Shown here piece by piece: positions 24,189 to 36,929 of a DNA stretch of 64,000 nucleotides. The DNA lies in the NCBI GenBank assembly GCA_964252035.1, contig OZ176200.1. One strand, written 5' to 3'. The translations under genes were made by a program, and so were the position numbers. Positions within the stretch are counted from its first letter, which is position 1, and the number at the start of each line of letters is the position of its first letter. The notes beneath the pieces were generated by a model. That model ran no database searches. It was given only the letters and a program-made list of their open reading frames with translations, and was not told the DNA's origin. The stretch comes from Podarcis erhardii (Eukaryota).

Positions 24189-26601
24189 CTAAACACAGAA
24201 AACATCATCAGATGCTGTTTGTCATCTCTCACACTTGTCTAGTCCAGTAAACTTATCTATGGTCTACGGAGGAGGTTGTTTTAAATCTACTTCATCTCAT
24301 ATTTTACCGAAAGCCATCAGAAGTGATCACTGCAGAACCACCACTTATCCTGACAGGAGCAACATTATGCATAGAGGACCCTTGTCCTTCCAACTCTACC
24401 ATTTTATGATTAACAAATCCTATAAAGGCTCAGAATTCTACAGCTATCAATTCTGCTTATGCTAGCTTCACCAGCTAAAGCCAAATTCCACAGTTTAAGC
24501 TGGCGGAGTATGCACAAATATCCAAACATTTGGATACACTTGGCTAGACATTCTTAAGACCAGTATTAAGCCCACCCAACATTCATTTGAAGCTAGGCAC
24601 TAGTAAAATACAGTCCTTAGGAGTGTGCCTTTGACTATAAATTGTTAGGAATCACAAGTAGGAAGAATGCTATTGCGCTCATATCCTAACAGACTTTACA
24701 TAGTCATTTGTTTAGCCACTATGAAAACAGGATGCTGGACTAGACGTGCCTTTGGCTGAATCCAGGAGAGTTCCTCTTATGTTAACTGCCTCTCAAATTG
24801 ACATCAAGTTAATACCAATTTGCGTGTGAATATACCTATTCAACTGAACAAAACCCCAAACAGTGTACAGAGGACCATAACACCCATAACAATGATGAAA
24901 TTATAGAACATCAACATGAGTAAGATACATAAGCAAAAACCTTTTGACATCTTAAGCAAAAGCTACATATTCTTACTGAAGGCTTGAAAGAATAAAAATG
25001 TATCAAAGTGTTTTCTAAAGGTTGTGAGATTTAAGCCCAGATGAGCTCCCCATTGTCAGGAAGTTTTTTAGGCTGCCTCCTGTGAACTCTCACAATTTTA
25101 AACAGCAAAGGAATTTCAACCAGGGCTCATTGAACTAGCATGCAATGTTCTTGCACTGAGCCTTGTGTTAAGGTGCGCTAGCACTTTGTGCCTCAGCCCT
25201 ATGTATAATTACATCGCCGCCCTAAATACACAAAAGGGTTAAATTGTTTCCCAAATTTTAAAATGCAAAGCCTTTTCAAAGAGGAAATCCAAAACTAGGT
25301 ATCCTTTTTAAAGATATTCATACGAGTCGATAAGGATGGGTACTTCATATCAACCCTGCAGCTAACAAACATGGATGAACCTAATATTGTACATGCTGTG
25401 ACATCCCAGCATGTCAGTTCTCCTAGCTGAGACACAGGGAGAATGGGCTTAGTTAATACAGTACATCACTCCCTTTAAGAGCAAACTCAGGTGTTGAGTG
25501 CCAACAGAAACTGATCTAAAACAGGGGTGCTGAGAAACCAAAGAGAGGTACTGGCCAACTTAGGTGTGAGGGGGAGCCTGTCCAATAAGGACTAAGCATA
25601 CTCATGTTGGGAAATAGAAACTGGGAATTTGGTGTGGGGATGGCTGGTCTGCTGGGGGAGGTTGTAGCAGGTTGGCTGAACAGTTGCTGGGAATCGCAAG
25701 GAGGCAGTGCTGTTGCATTCAGGTGCTGCCTTTGCATTTCCCCATAACATTTGATTTACCGCTAAGAGAACAGGATTGTGGCCTAGATGGGCCGCTGACC
25801 TAATTTAGCAGACTCTTCTCTTCTTATACTGTGAGATGAAAAGACAATGTAGTATTTTGTGGCAGGTCCCACCTTTTTGTCTAACTGCGCATTCCTTCAC
25901 AAGAAGTCTACTCTAAATAGACTAAGTGAACTGGAAAAACTTATTCTCTCTTTTACAGACGATGGTGGGCTCTCAGGCCAGACTTTCAGCATTTGTGACT
26001 GCTATGCAGGCTGCATGGCTGTGTCTTGCTTATCTTGTATGAAGGTGGAATCAAAGCTTTGCTTTTCTACATGAAAGACTTGACTTGCATATTTAGGTTA
26101 ATGTGCCCTGCTCTGTCACAACCAACTCTACGGACTGCTGTTTAAACACAGAACCAGAATACATCGCTTCTGTTTTGTTGGTATTACCAGCTATTTCACA
26201 ATAACTGTGAAACAGGAGCAGAACTTAGGAAAACTGAAATATATAATTGTTATTACAAACATATATGACAAATGTGTTACAAAATAAATTGTGAAAACTA
26301 AATAGCTCCTCATGTTATGGTGGAGAAATTCAAATTATGGACTGTGTCATGTTTGACCTTTCAATATATTAACTTGTTTTCAATTGTGAAACCAATAATA
26401 CCATCTAAACTTACAAATCATTAACTCCCACAATGTTTGCTGGAGATCTTCATTTGCCAGGCATCGCCCTGAAAGTCCCTCTTATCATTCCACACCTGGG
26501 CTGCTTTGGAGCTATTATCATAGTGAGACAAATGTGGGCAGAGATTCCTGAAACTCAGATCATTTGTATGAATGACAGAGCCGCAACTGAAAGCTATAAT
26601 G

Positions 26602-26776
26602 CAGTGATGTCTATCAGGTAGATCGCGGGATGAAAGAAAGTGATCACCGAATGTAATGTTGGCCTCTAAAAAAAGCTCCACAACTTTGGCCCTTCCCTCC
26701 AATGTCAATGGGTAGATCACTGCCAGTTTTTTATACCGGGAACAGATTGCAGTCCCTTGGGAGTAGGACGTCCCTG
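26602..26776. mobile_element. Same hAT family as 57167, short copy
   Basis: Perfect TSD CTATAATG; shares CAGGTAGATC left end and GGTAGATCACTGCCAGTTTTT right end. Confidence 0.85.
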
Positions 26777-27094
26777 CTATAATGTAATGCACAACATATC
26801 CCACTTCAGTGCATGGGACAATTAAGAAGAGATTTCCAAGAATTTTGCCACTAGCACTTTCAGTGTGAGAAGCACTTCAAACTGCTTATCACGTTCATCC
26901 TGGAAAAGGGCCCTATAAATATGTAAGTGCATCCACTTTGTGGACTGGAAACAAACAAACTCAAAGGTAAGTGCCCTGCCCAAGGATAGAGTAGACTTTT
27001 TGATGGCTCAGTGGCATCATAAACTATTGTGCCATGTTTTAGACCACAACTAAAAGTTGCGCTTCTATTCAGGTCACTCTGTTCAACTCCTCTC

Positions 27095-27615
27095 AAAAGC
27101 AATGACAAACCTAGACAGCATCTTAAAAAGTAGAGATATCACCTTGCCCACAAAGGTCCGTATAGTAAAAGCTATGGTTTTCCCAGTAGTGATGTATGGA
27201 AGTGAGAGCTGGACCACAAAGAAGGCTGATCGCCAAAGAATTGATGCTTTTGAATTATGGTGCTGGAGGAGACTCTTGAGAGTCCCATGGACTGCAAGAA
27301 GATGAAACCTATCCATTCTGAAGGAAATCAGCCCTGAGTGCTCACTGGAAGGACAGATCGTGAAGCTGAGGCTCCAATACTTTGGCCACCTCATGAGAAG
27401 AGAAGACTCCCTGAAAAAGACCCTGATGCTGGGAAAGACTGAGGGCACAAGGAGAAGGGGACAACAGAGGATGAGATGGTTGGACAGTGTTCTCGAAGCT
27501 ACCAGCATGAGTTTGACCAAACTGCGGGAGGCAGTGGAAGACAGAAGTGCCTGGCGTGCTCTGGTCCATGGGGTCACGAAGAGTCGGACACGACTAAACG
27601 ACTAAACAACAACAA
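27095..27615 (+). mobile_element. Bov-B (RTE) LINE 3' fragment
   Basis: MTNLDSILKSRDITLPTKVRIVKAMVFPVVMYGSESWT...RLND with a premature TGA at 27303-27305; (CAA)n tail. Confidence 0.95.
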
Positions 27616-28001
27616 TTCCCAAGGTCCCCAAAAGAAGACAACCAGCTTAATTTCTCTATAGCTGTGAGGAAAGAATACAGATCTGAGCCTTTACTTGAAA
27701 AGGAAATAAGGCCACTGGCCACACTGGCTGGGAGTTGGAGTCCATGGAATATTTGGAGGTCCCCCATCCCTGATCTACAACTATAGCAAATCCTAAAACT
27801 GATGCCAGCTACTTCCTCCCACAGACCAGCATGCAATAGTAGATCAGAACAAACCTAAAATTTAAATATTCCTCTTGTCATTTCTTCTGTTTTTACATGC
27901 TCAGCTGGTGGTTAGGATAAAAGAAATTTGGTCAAATTTCTTCACTATCATGACGGGCAATCCTGCACTTCACATGTGGTTCGGAGACAGTTGCCAATAT
28001 A

Positions 28002-28260
28002 CCGTATTTTTTGCTCTATAAGACTCACTTTTTCCCACCTAGAAAGTAAGGGGAAATGTGTGTGCGTCTTATGGAGCGAATGCAGTCTGCGCAGCTATCC
28101 CAGAAGCCAGAACAGCAAGAGGGATTGCTGCTTTCACTGCACAGTGATCCCTCTTGCTGTTCTGGCTTCTGAGATTCAGAATATATTTTTTCTTGTTTTC
28201 CTCCTCCAAAAACTAGGTGCGTCTTGTGGTCTGGTGCATCTTATAGAGCGAAAAATACGG
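28002..28260. mobile_element. Tc2/pogo-like MITE family B
   Basis: As 22024 copy, TA flanks. Confidence 0.88.
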
Positions 28261-28356
28261 TAGTTCCTTCCGTTGGCAGGAAAACCACAACAGGCTCTAA
28301 GAACAACTTTTAATTTGGATACATTGGGTAGCATTCAACATAGCATTACTCAGAGT

Positions 28357-28722
28357 AAAAGGAAAAGGTAAAGGACTGCTGACAGTTAAGTCCAGTCACG
28401 AACAACTCTGGGGTTGTGGCGCTCATCTCGCTTTACTGGCCGAGGGAGCCGACGTTTGTCCGCAGTTTTTCCGGGTCATGTGGCCAGCATGACTAAGCCA
28501 CTTCTGATGAAACCAGAGCAGCACACAGAAACGCCGTTTACCTTCCCGCTGGAGCGGTACCTATTTATCTACTTGCACTTTGATGTGCTTTCAAACTGCT
28601 AGGTCGGCAGGAGCAGGGGCCGAGCAACAGGTGCTCACCCCGTCGTGGAGATTCGAACCGCCAACCTTCCAATCAGCAAACCCTAGGCTCAGTGGTTTAG
28701 ACCACAGCGCCACCCGCGTCCC
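28357..28722 (-). mobile_element. Sauria SINE
   Basis: Full length reverse copy; TSD TACTCAGAGT (28347-28356 / 28725-28734). Confidence 0.92.
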
Positions 28723-29099
28723 TGTACTCAGAGTGCATCCATTGAAATTAATTAATAAGGTTAACTGAGGTCCATTAATTTCAACAGGTCTACTCTAAGT
28801 AAAACTCAGTTGTCTACTACCCAGTGTTTTGTGAACACTGTTAAACGAAGAGTAAAAAAGCAGAAAGAAGCCCCCCAAAAATATGTTAAAGTCAATCTTG
28901 CTTTTTCACTTTTTTTTATTACAGACAAAAGCAAAATGAAAAGGTTTAAGCATTATTTCTCAAAGAAGCCAAAGACTCACACATCCTGGCAATCCTTATG
29001 ATTGCACCTCCTAGAAGGATTTTCCAGAAAACTTTTTGTCCACAATTAAAATGAGCCTGAAATGTCTGTCAGTGAGAAAAAGAATTAATGAGCTCTGCC

Positions 29100-29257
29100 C
29101 AGTGGCGTAGCGTGGGGGGTGCAGGGGGGGCCGGCCGCACCGGGCGCAACATCTGGGGTTAGGGCAAATCCACAGGTTAGGGGGCGCAAATCCACGGGTT
29201 AGGGGGCGCAAATTACTTGCCTTGCCCCGGGTGCTGACAACCCACGCTACGCCACTG
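29100..29257. mobile_element. Same hAT family as 14985, short 'empty' copy
   Basis: Same termini CAGTGGCGTAGCGTGGG / CCCACGCTACGCCACTG; perfect TSD GCTCTGCC; no passenger. Confidence 0.9.
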
Positions 29258-29546
29258 GCTCTGCCAGGCCTTTCAGGATTTTTGGAAGGAAATGAATGCA
29301 AAGGCAAGAGACATCACCTCTCTTTTCAAGTGGTGCATATAGCCTTACTTGACACCCCACTGCACTTTGCCCTATTTTCTCCAGTCATGCTTCAGCTCTA
29401 CTCAAACACAAATACACCTTATGCTTTCATTTGTTTTATTTCCCTAGACACCCAGTGTAAAATATCTGTGATCCCCCCCTTTATTTACCGGTAATTATAG
29501 GCATTGGAGTTGGGATGTTGGGAGTGATTTTCAATAGACCACAGCA

Positions 29547-29903
29547 TAAGGTAAAGGTAAAGGGACCCCTGACCATTAGGTCCAGTCATGGCCGACTCTA
29601 GGGTTGCAGTGCTCATCTCGCTTTAGTGGCCAAGGGAGCCGGCATACAGCTTCTGGGTCATGTGGCCAGCATGACTAAGCCACTTCTGGCAAACCAGAGC
29701 AGCGCACAGAAATGCCGTTTACCTTCCTGCGGGAACGGTACCTATTTATCTACTTGCCCTTTGACGTGCTTTCGAACTGCTAGGTTGGCAGGAGCAGGAA
29801 CTGAGCAACGGGAGCTCACCCCGTCATGGGGATTTGAACCGCCGACCTTCTGATTGGCAAGTCCTAGGCTCAGTGGTTTAACCCACAGCGCCACCCGCGT
29901 CCC
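29547..29903 (-). mobile_element. Sauria SINE
   Basis: Full length reverse copy. Confidence 0.9.
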
Positions 29904-32222
29904 TTGGACCACTGTGGATGCATTTCCCCTAATAAACATGGAAGTGGGCACGTGATCCTTTCCCATGTAAGAACTGCCTTCGTGGAGGATGTATATGACC
30001 AGTGGTACCAGCAAAACCACTGCTGGACAAACACCCTCCAAGTACCACAATCCCTCCACCCTCCTTTCCAGGCTGGTTTGCACAAAACACAAATAGACTG
30101 ACTCAACCTCACCACACACAAATAATGTATATTGCTTTCTAATATAGCACAAAGGACTCCATTTAGAAAAGCAATTTGAACTTCATTTAAAAAAGAAAAG
30201 AAAAACAGCTTTGGCAGAGTTTGTAGTAAGCCTTTATGGACTGAACATCTGAAATAACCACATGCAGAAATGCATAAACACGGAGCTATTCAGGGGGAAA
30301 GCAGAATACCACAGGGAGCATGGTCATCAGCTAAAAAATTCTGCAGAGTAAGAAAGGAAGGCAGATATAACTCCTACAGAATAAAGCACAGCCGGAAATG
30401 CGAACACATCTTGCGACCAAGCAGCCAATGACATGGCACTTTCAAAAAGGACTTCTGACCTGGTCACAACTCATCTCAGAGGTTCAAGTCACTGAGCAGC
30501 ATCTTCCTTTATTTCCAGCACTCAAGCAAGTGTGTCATCACTTCTGTCATCAAAATCACACCAACCACATGCTAAAAAGGAAATATTAGCCAACTTGGGG
30601 AAACACCAAAGTTTACACAAATACAAAGGGGGGGGGGGCTAAAGAGATAGGACCCAAAAGCACCCCAGTGATGGCTGAGCATGTTCACTGGGCATGAAGT
30701 GCACTGTTGGGGAGGATGGAAAACAAAGAGGAAGAAAGAAGGGAATGGAGAGACCTGAAAGAGAAGAAGGTGGTTGACTGGGACCAGGAACAATATGTTG
30801 CAGGGAGGGATTGTTGCAGGTCCAACCTGTGGCCTTTAAGTCAAACTGGCTTAATGTTTATCCTACAGTCTCTTTTTCCTTAACAGTGCAATCTTATCCA
30901 TGTTTAAATGGAAAATTCCCACTGAGTTCAATGAAGCTTACTCACAGGGAAGTGGATCTAAAAGTAGAGCCTCAGGGTCTGATTTCTAATGGCTACTGTC
31001 TAGGAGGAGAGATTCAGGAACCAAACAGGTTTCCAAGTGTGGGGAAACCATATATGAGTAAGCACCACTCAGATCAAAGGGACACTCCAGAACAAGGTAG
31101 GAACAGAGCAATGTAGCTGGAATATCAAACAAACACATTTTGCAATACCAGTCACCTAAATTTCAAAAGGAGTGTTGTTCTCCACAATTTGCCAAGACAC
31201 AGAAACTTGCCAAAGTGAACTTGAGAATCACACCCCCAACCAAAGGATAGCAGAAACATTTTTTAAATGAGTTGCCCAGGGTCAGCTGAAGGCACCATGG
31301 GAAGGTGCTGTGAAACTGCTCCTCCTGCCTGCCAGGAATAGCGTAATGGCCAAGGGGAGACCAAGAGGGTCCCATCCATCAGCCAGAGAAGGAGCAGCTG
31401 CAGGAAACCTGCAGAAAGGATGCTCCACTCCAAATGCCAGCTGCACTGGGACCGCAGAAGCAAGATGGGAAGATGCTCTACATCCACCAAAGAACAAGAG
31501 CCCCCAAAAGACTATTCAGTAAGGAAACATCAACAAGCAAATAAATAAACAGAAAATGGCCTAAACTCAACTACAGAGAAATGCCTGGTTATTCTTCACC
31601 TCTTTGTTCTGGCCTTAAAGAACTTATTTCCTTCCTCTACTTCTTCCACCCTCTCCCCTTCCCTGCTGTGTCTTTGTGAGCCCGGTAGCAAGGCCCCTCC
31701 CTCCCTCTCTTTTTAATGTGAACTTCTTTGGGAAACAATAATTTTCTGAAAAGCAGCACTAAGATGGAGTAAAATAAATAATCACACCGGTTTTGCTGGC
31801 TACTACAAGACCCACAAGGGCAGAAGACACATGGCTACACCCTATTTCCTCCTCACTAGGGAGATATTTCAGCCATTCATACAGAAGGGTAAATGCTGCA
31901 ACTATCTGGTGAAGCCTTACCAGAATGGTGCTTATTCCACAATTTCCACTGTCAGCCATATGTATGGACAGCAGCCTTGAGCAGAGGAGAGGAAGTCCCT
32001 GGTACGTGCGGGTTGTGGGGATTGGATGTGCCATTGCCATAAGTGCAACCAATCCCAAAAATAAGTGCACTGCAGTCAGGCCCAAGCTAAGTGTCAACAG
32101 ATGCACTACAGAAAGTGGCATGCAGGCTATTTGTGTCTCAGTGTTGCTTAATTTCCCCTCTGGCTGGCATCTAGGTTTACAAACCCAGTCATTTCTTCAT
32201 GAGCCACATCTCTGCTGGAATA

Positions 32223-32463
32223 CAGTGGTGCCTCAGGTTACATACGCTTCAGGTTACATATGCTTCAGGTTACAGACTCGCTAACCCAGAAATAGTGCTT
32301 CAGGTTAATAACTTTGCTTCAGGATAAGAACAGAAATCGGGCTCCGGCAGCACAGCAGCAGCAGGAGGCCCCATTAGCTAAATTGGTGCTTCAGATTAAG
32401 AACAGTTTCAGGTTAAGAACGGACCTCCGGAACAAATTAAGTACTTAACCTGAGGTACCACTG
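32223..32463 (+). mobile_element. Tc1/mariner MITE family A
   Basis: Full length, TA flanks. Confidence 0.9.
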
Positions 32464-32686
32464 TACAACACACACTCCACTTTCTCCCCTGGACTTTAGA
32501 AGCAATTACTGTGGTACCTCGGGTTAAGTACTTAATTCGTTCCAGAGGTCCATACTTAACCTGAAACTGTTCTTAACCTGAAGCACCACCTTAGATAATG
32601 GGGCCTCCTGCTGCTGCTGCACCGCCGGAGCACGATTTCTGTTCTCATCCTGAAGCAAAGTTCTTAACCTGAAGCACTATTTCTGG

Positions 32687-32832
32687 TTACAGATAGGTAG
32701 CCGTGTTGGTCTGCCATAGTCAAAACAAAACAAATTCCTTCCAGTAGCACCTTAAAGACCAACTAAGTCACTTCTTGGTATGAGCTTTCGTGTGCATGCA
32801 CACTTCTTCAGATACACAGATTTCTTCAGATA
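32687..32832. mobile_element. Penelope-like retroelement terminal fragment
   Basis: GGTAGCCGTGTTGGTCTG...CCAGTAGCACCTTA...GAGCTTTCGTGTGCATGCACAC; flanked by 12-bp duplication CACTATTTCTGG. Confidence 0.75.
32778..32815 (-). ncRNA. Minimal type I hammerhead ribozyme motif (Penelope-associated)
   Basis: GUAU CUGAAGA A GUGUG-CAUG-CACAC GAA AGCU C^ AUAC: core, stem II, palindromic stem III, 4-bp stem I. Confidence 0.65.
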
Positions 32833-32888
32833 CACTATTTCTGGGTTAGCGGAGTCTGTAACCTGAAGCGTATGTAACCTGAAGCATA

Positions 32889-33038
32889 CCATATTTTTCT
32901 GTATATAAGACGCCCCCTATTTTCGGGGATTCCAAATTGAGAAAATGGGGGGAGGTTGTATCCATGTATAAGATTACACACAATTCTGAACATGATTTTT
33001 AAATTAAAAAACCTAGTCTTATACACAGAAAAGTACTG
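32889..33038. mobile_element. Tc2/pogo-like MITE
   Basis: TA-CCATATTTTTC ... GAAAAGTACTG-TA termini. Confidence 0.7.
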
Positions 33039-33662
33039 TATATTGCACATCAAGAAATGTACCACTGATGCTAAGAGGATGCCAATACTAAGATCTGTTG
33101 TATTTTTGTGCATTTCAGGGGTCCCACAAGCCTATAGATACTTTCCTCTCATACATGGGTACTGATGTGACCACCCTGCACCCTGGAAATCGAATATTTG
33201 ACTATAAAACTGACTTACCTTGCAGGGTTGTTGTATTATTTGCAACTCGATAGTGCTCATGAAGCACTTTGAACACTGAAAAAATTAGGCATTACTGTTC
33301 CTTGGCCACCTTTATTTATTTATATTATATGTTTCTCTGTGGAAATGTTTTCTGGTATTTATTGGGGATATTCCATTGCCAAACCCTCGACCAGCTCATT
33401 TCAGTCCCCCTCCTTTACCAGAATCAAATGCACATCCTAGTTCAGTTCAATACTCAGATAAAACTTGCCTTTCATATGCAGACTTCTGGCCCTCCTGGAC
33501 TCACCTTCAGGGCAAAGTTAAAGCAGCAAGGTTGGGTTAATCTAGCTGGCTAGCAGGAATTTGTAGTCACAATATGTGAGGGACATATTTAAGGGCACTA
33601 CAAATGTATGTGTGAATGTTCGGAAAAGCATATTGCAATTATCCAATGCACTTTTCTTTGGC

Positions 33663-33991
33663 TCAGCATACTACCCTCATAGCCGGTGAGGTGAAGCAAT
33701 TTGCCTCGTCAGCAGATCCAACCCGTGCTTTGCCACTGTGCCATTGCCAGCTCACTGCCCATGCTGATGCCACAACATCTTTGCCCTCTCTGCTATTGCT
33801 GCACCTTCACCACTGCCGCTGCATCGTAGAGGCAGTGAGGGTCCAGCTGCATACAAGGGTGCAGTTGTGGTGGAGAGGCCAGCAACAGTGTGGGCACAAC
33901 ACTGGGGGTAGAGAGGTGGCATGGATCGGGGTGCGGGTGTGTCAGGTGGTGGGGCATTTTGCCTACAGTGGCAAAATGTCCAGGGCCACCC
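33663..33991. mobile_element. Old hAT-like element with decayed GC-rich interior
   Basis: Left end resembles the 11285 family; right end GGCAAAATGTCCAGGGCCACCCTG; no clean TSD. Confidence 0.45.
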
Positions 33992-34022
33992 TGCCAGCCT
34001 GTGTATCAGGACATATTTTATT

Positions 34023-34131
34023 GTAATAATATAATATTATAATATTATAATATTCTTATAATAAATGTAATATAATATATAATAATATATAATAATAATG
34101 TAATGTAATCATAACATAACATAACATAATA
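34023..34131. repeat. AT-rich (ATAAT/ATAAC)n microsatellite
   Basis: Direct reading. Confidence 0.85.
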
Positions 34132-34239
34132 TGCAAGAACTTAAAGGCAGTCTCTACCAAACACCATTACCATTTATGACTTCATTTGCAGAAATTACAT
34201 CTAGTTTAATTTGACACCAAAGTACCCATCAAATATATG

Positions 34240-35332
34240 AAATATTTAAAGAAGATAAAAAGATTGAATTCGAGAATCAGCCCTCTAAACTCGAAACAGA
34301 ATTAATAAATAATAAAATCAGGGTAATTTCGAGAATATATTGACTCCTCCTGGAATGGGAAGTTAAGGAGGAGGAGGTTGAGACAACAATGATTAGATGG
34401 GCATAGGACATTGGACGTCCAATAATGATGGCCGAATGGGAAGAGCTTTGGAGAACAAATATGAGATTTACGGCGTGTTATAACATCAAAGAAAAAGATG
34501 CAGCACAGATGGTACCTCACCCCCTCAAGACTATCAAAGATGTATAAAAACTTAGCGAATACTTGTTGGAGGTGTGGTGGGAGTAATGGCGACATGTATC
34601 ATACGTGGTGGACATGTAGGAAGATCAAAGTGTTCTGGGGCTTAATTTACGAGGAGTTGAAAAAAATGTTCGGAATAACTTTTTTAAAAAGACCAGAGGC
34701 ATTTCTGTTAAGCATTGTTGGCAGGGACATCCCGAAGGCCTTTAGGGAGGTATTCTTATATGCAACGGCCGCAGCTCAGACGGTGGCAAAAGGGTGGAAG
34801 GAACAAGAAGCCCCAACAATCACGGACTGGCATTACAAGCTACAAGAATTTGCTGAAATGACGCAGTTAACAAATACTCTGAGAGGCAATTCGAAACAAA
34901 AAATTATGGAAAAGTGGGATAGATATAAAACATATGTTAAAAAATACAGTATAGGTTCACTATCTATGCTAGCATTTGATTGATGTTGGAGTGAGAATGA
35001 GTTGAGAAATAAGACTAAGAGCACATATTCATATAGGAATGTATTAGATAAAATGTAAAGAAATATACAATTATAAGAGTACATTCATTTGTAAAAAAAG
35101 GAATATACAACGGGATAGACAGGAAGTCTAGTGTGTTGGTATGTATATGATTCGGGGGGTGTTTTTCTTTTTTCTTTTTGTTCTTTTTTGTTTTGTTTCA
35201 TTTTCTTTCTAGGTATATAAAATTTGTATATAAATTTTGTATACATGTTGGAAATTATATTATATAGTATAGTATGCTGGTTTGTTAAAGGTTTTTTGGT
35301 GTTGTGTGTTTGCAAAATTAGGAAGAAAAATA
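34240..35332 (+). mobile_element. L1-clade LINE 3' fragment
   Basis: ORF2 C-terminus with CWRC...HTWWTC zinc knuckle and KWDRYK motif, stops upstream, AT-rich 3'UTR. Confidence 0.9.
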
Positions 35333-35593
35333 CCGTATTTTTTGCTCTATAAGACTCACTTTTTCCCTCCTAAAAAGCAAGGGGAAATATGTGTGCATCT
35401 TATGGAGCGAATGCAGGCTGTGCAGCTATCCCAGAAGCCAGAACAGCAAGAGGGATTGCTGCTTTCACTGTGCAGCAATCCCTCTTGCTGTTCTGGCTTC
35501 TGAGATTCAGAATATTTTTTTTTTCTTGTTTTCCTCCTCCAAAAACTAGGTACGTCTTGTGGTCTGGTGCATCTTATAGAGCGAAAAATACAG
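35333..35593. mobile_element. Tc2/pogo-like MITE family B inserted in an L1 tail
   Basis: As 22024 copy; followed by an A-rich tail. Confidence 0.88.
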
Positions 35594-36929
35594 TAAATAA
35601 AATGCAAATAAAAAATAAAAATAAATAAAAAAATTAAGTTGACACCAAAGCCCACTTTGGATAGCCACCAAACATAAGTCAAACATGTTGGGTCACAACA
35701 GCAAAAAACTACAGTACCAGACAAATTATTCCTCTAAACAAAATGACAGCCTAGCTGAAAGGCAGAGGGCTACTAAAAACATTATGAACAGCTCAAGGAA
35801 CAGTACTCTGTGATATCGCATCCAACATTTTATAAGAGATACTATCCAGACTTTTGTCCTTGAAACAAAAGCAAAGTCTACAAGATATGTCTAACGTACC
35901 ACGTCCCCAATGGCAACCCAAAAACATTGTCTCCCTATCTCAGTGTTTGCATTCTGGGTTTAAGGTCAAGATACTCAGCTGGAGAGCAGGAAAGCAGAAG
36001 GAGTCTCATAGATCCCTCTTGCAACATTGTGTGTGGTGTGTTCCAAGAAATCATGTGATAACTTAAACAATGAAAAAGCACAAGTGGGGATTATTTAGAA
36101 TGGGGCAAACGCACTAGCTGACAAGCCTTTTGAATAAATGTTGGTAATTAGATGCTATCTTGAGCTACCTGAACAATGGGAAATTGTGAGAGATAGAAAG
36201 GCAATCTGCTCTTCCTCCTCACTGATTCCTTCTCTTTCAGTAACTACTTGTTGGCAAAGAAGATCATTTCCTTTCAGGTTTTACTTACTGTATCTTCTAC
36301 AAGTTCAGTATCAGCAGAGGGGGATTTTGGGGAGTGCGACTGGTTCTGGTGCACTTGGTGCCAACACAAAGGGCTTTGCAATTATAATGTAGTGAATTGA
36401 GCAGAATGGAAGAGTTGGGAAAGGCGTTGAATTTTGGCCTCGTACAGGATGCTGCTGAAATTTTTAAGACCACTGGTATCAGTATTAACTGTTATCTTCT
36501 TGGTTCCAGCTTGGCAACCTGTAAACCTGTACTTAGAATGGCCTTGAGTTTTCTTTATCCTTTCAGCCAGCAGTCTAACCAGACTATTTTGTTCTGCACT
36601 ATAATATAATTACCAGACTCCAACAGAGTGAGACATCAGAAAGATAAATCAACTTTATTTCAACCAAGGAGACACATGAAATCTGGCAGGAAGAGGCTCT
36701 GGTCACATCAAATACTTAAACAATGCACCATGAAAATGCAGCACAGGCAATATGCCAAGGCAACATGCTCCCCAAATATGCTAGCATCCCCTGGACTCCT
36801 GCCCAAGTGCAAAGCAGCGGGCAAACGCGTTGACATGTTTCTATTGCATAAGTATCTATGTTACACCATGAAGCAGCCGCAAATGTTGCAAAATTACAAA
36901 AGTCAACTCTTTGTTACAGTAACCTGTAC

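Larger units (their letters stand above)
32509..32888 (-). mobile_element. Tc1/mariner MITE family A, interrupted by a Penelope-like insert
   Basis: Reverse complement of 16010 copy, split at 32687-32832; one TIR lost at the junction with the next MITE. Confidence 0.85.

Noticed and set aside
27083-27577. 164-aa antisense ORF (also 53084-53626, 180 aa)
   Set aside because: Antisense frame of Bov-B RT fragments.
31790-31890. Plus-strand coding-looking stretch ending in a GTAAAT donor
   Set aside because: No acceptor, no homology recognised, no partner exons.
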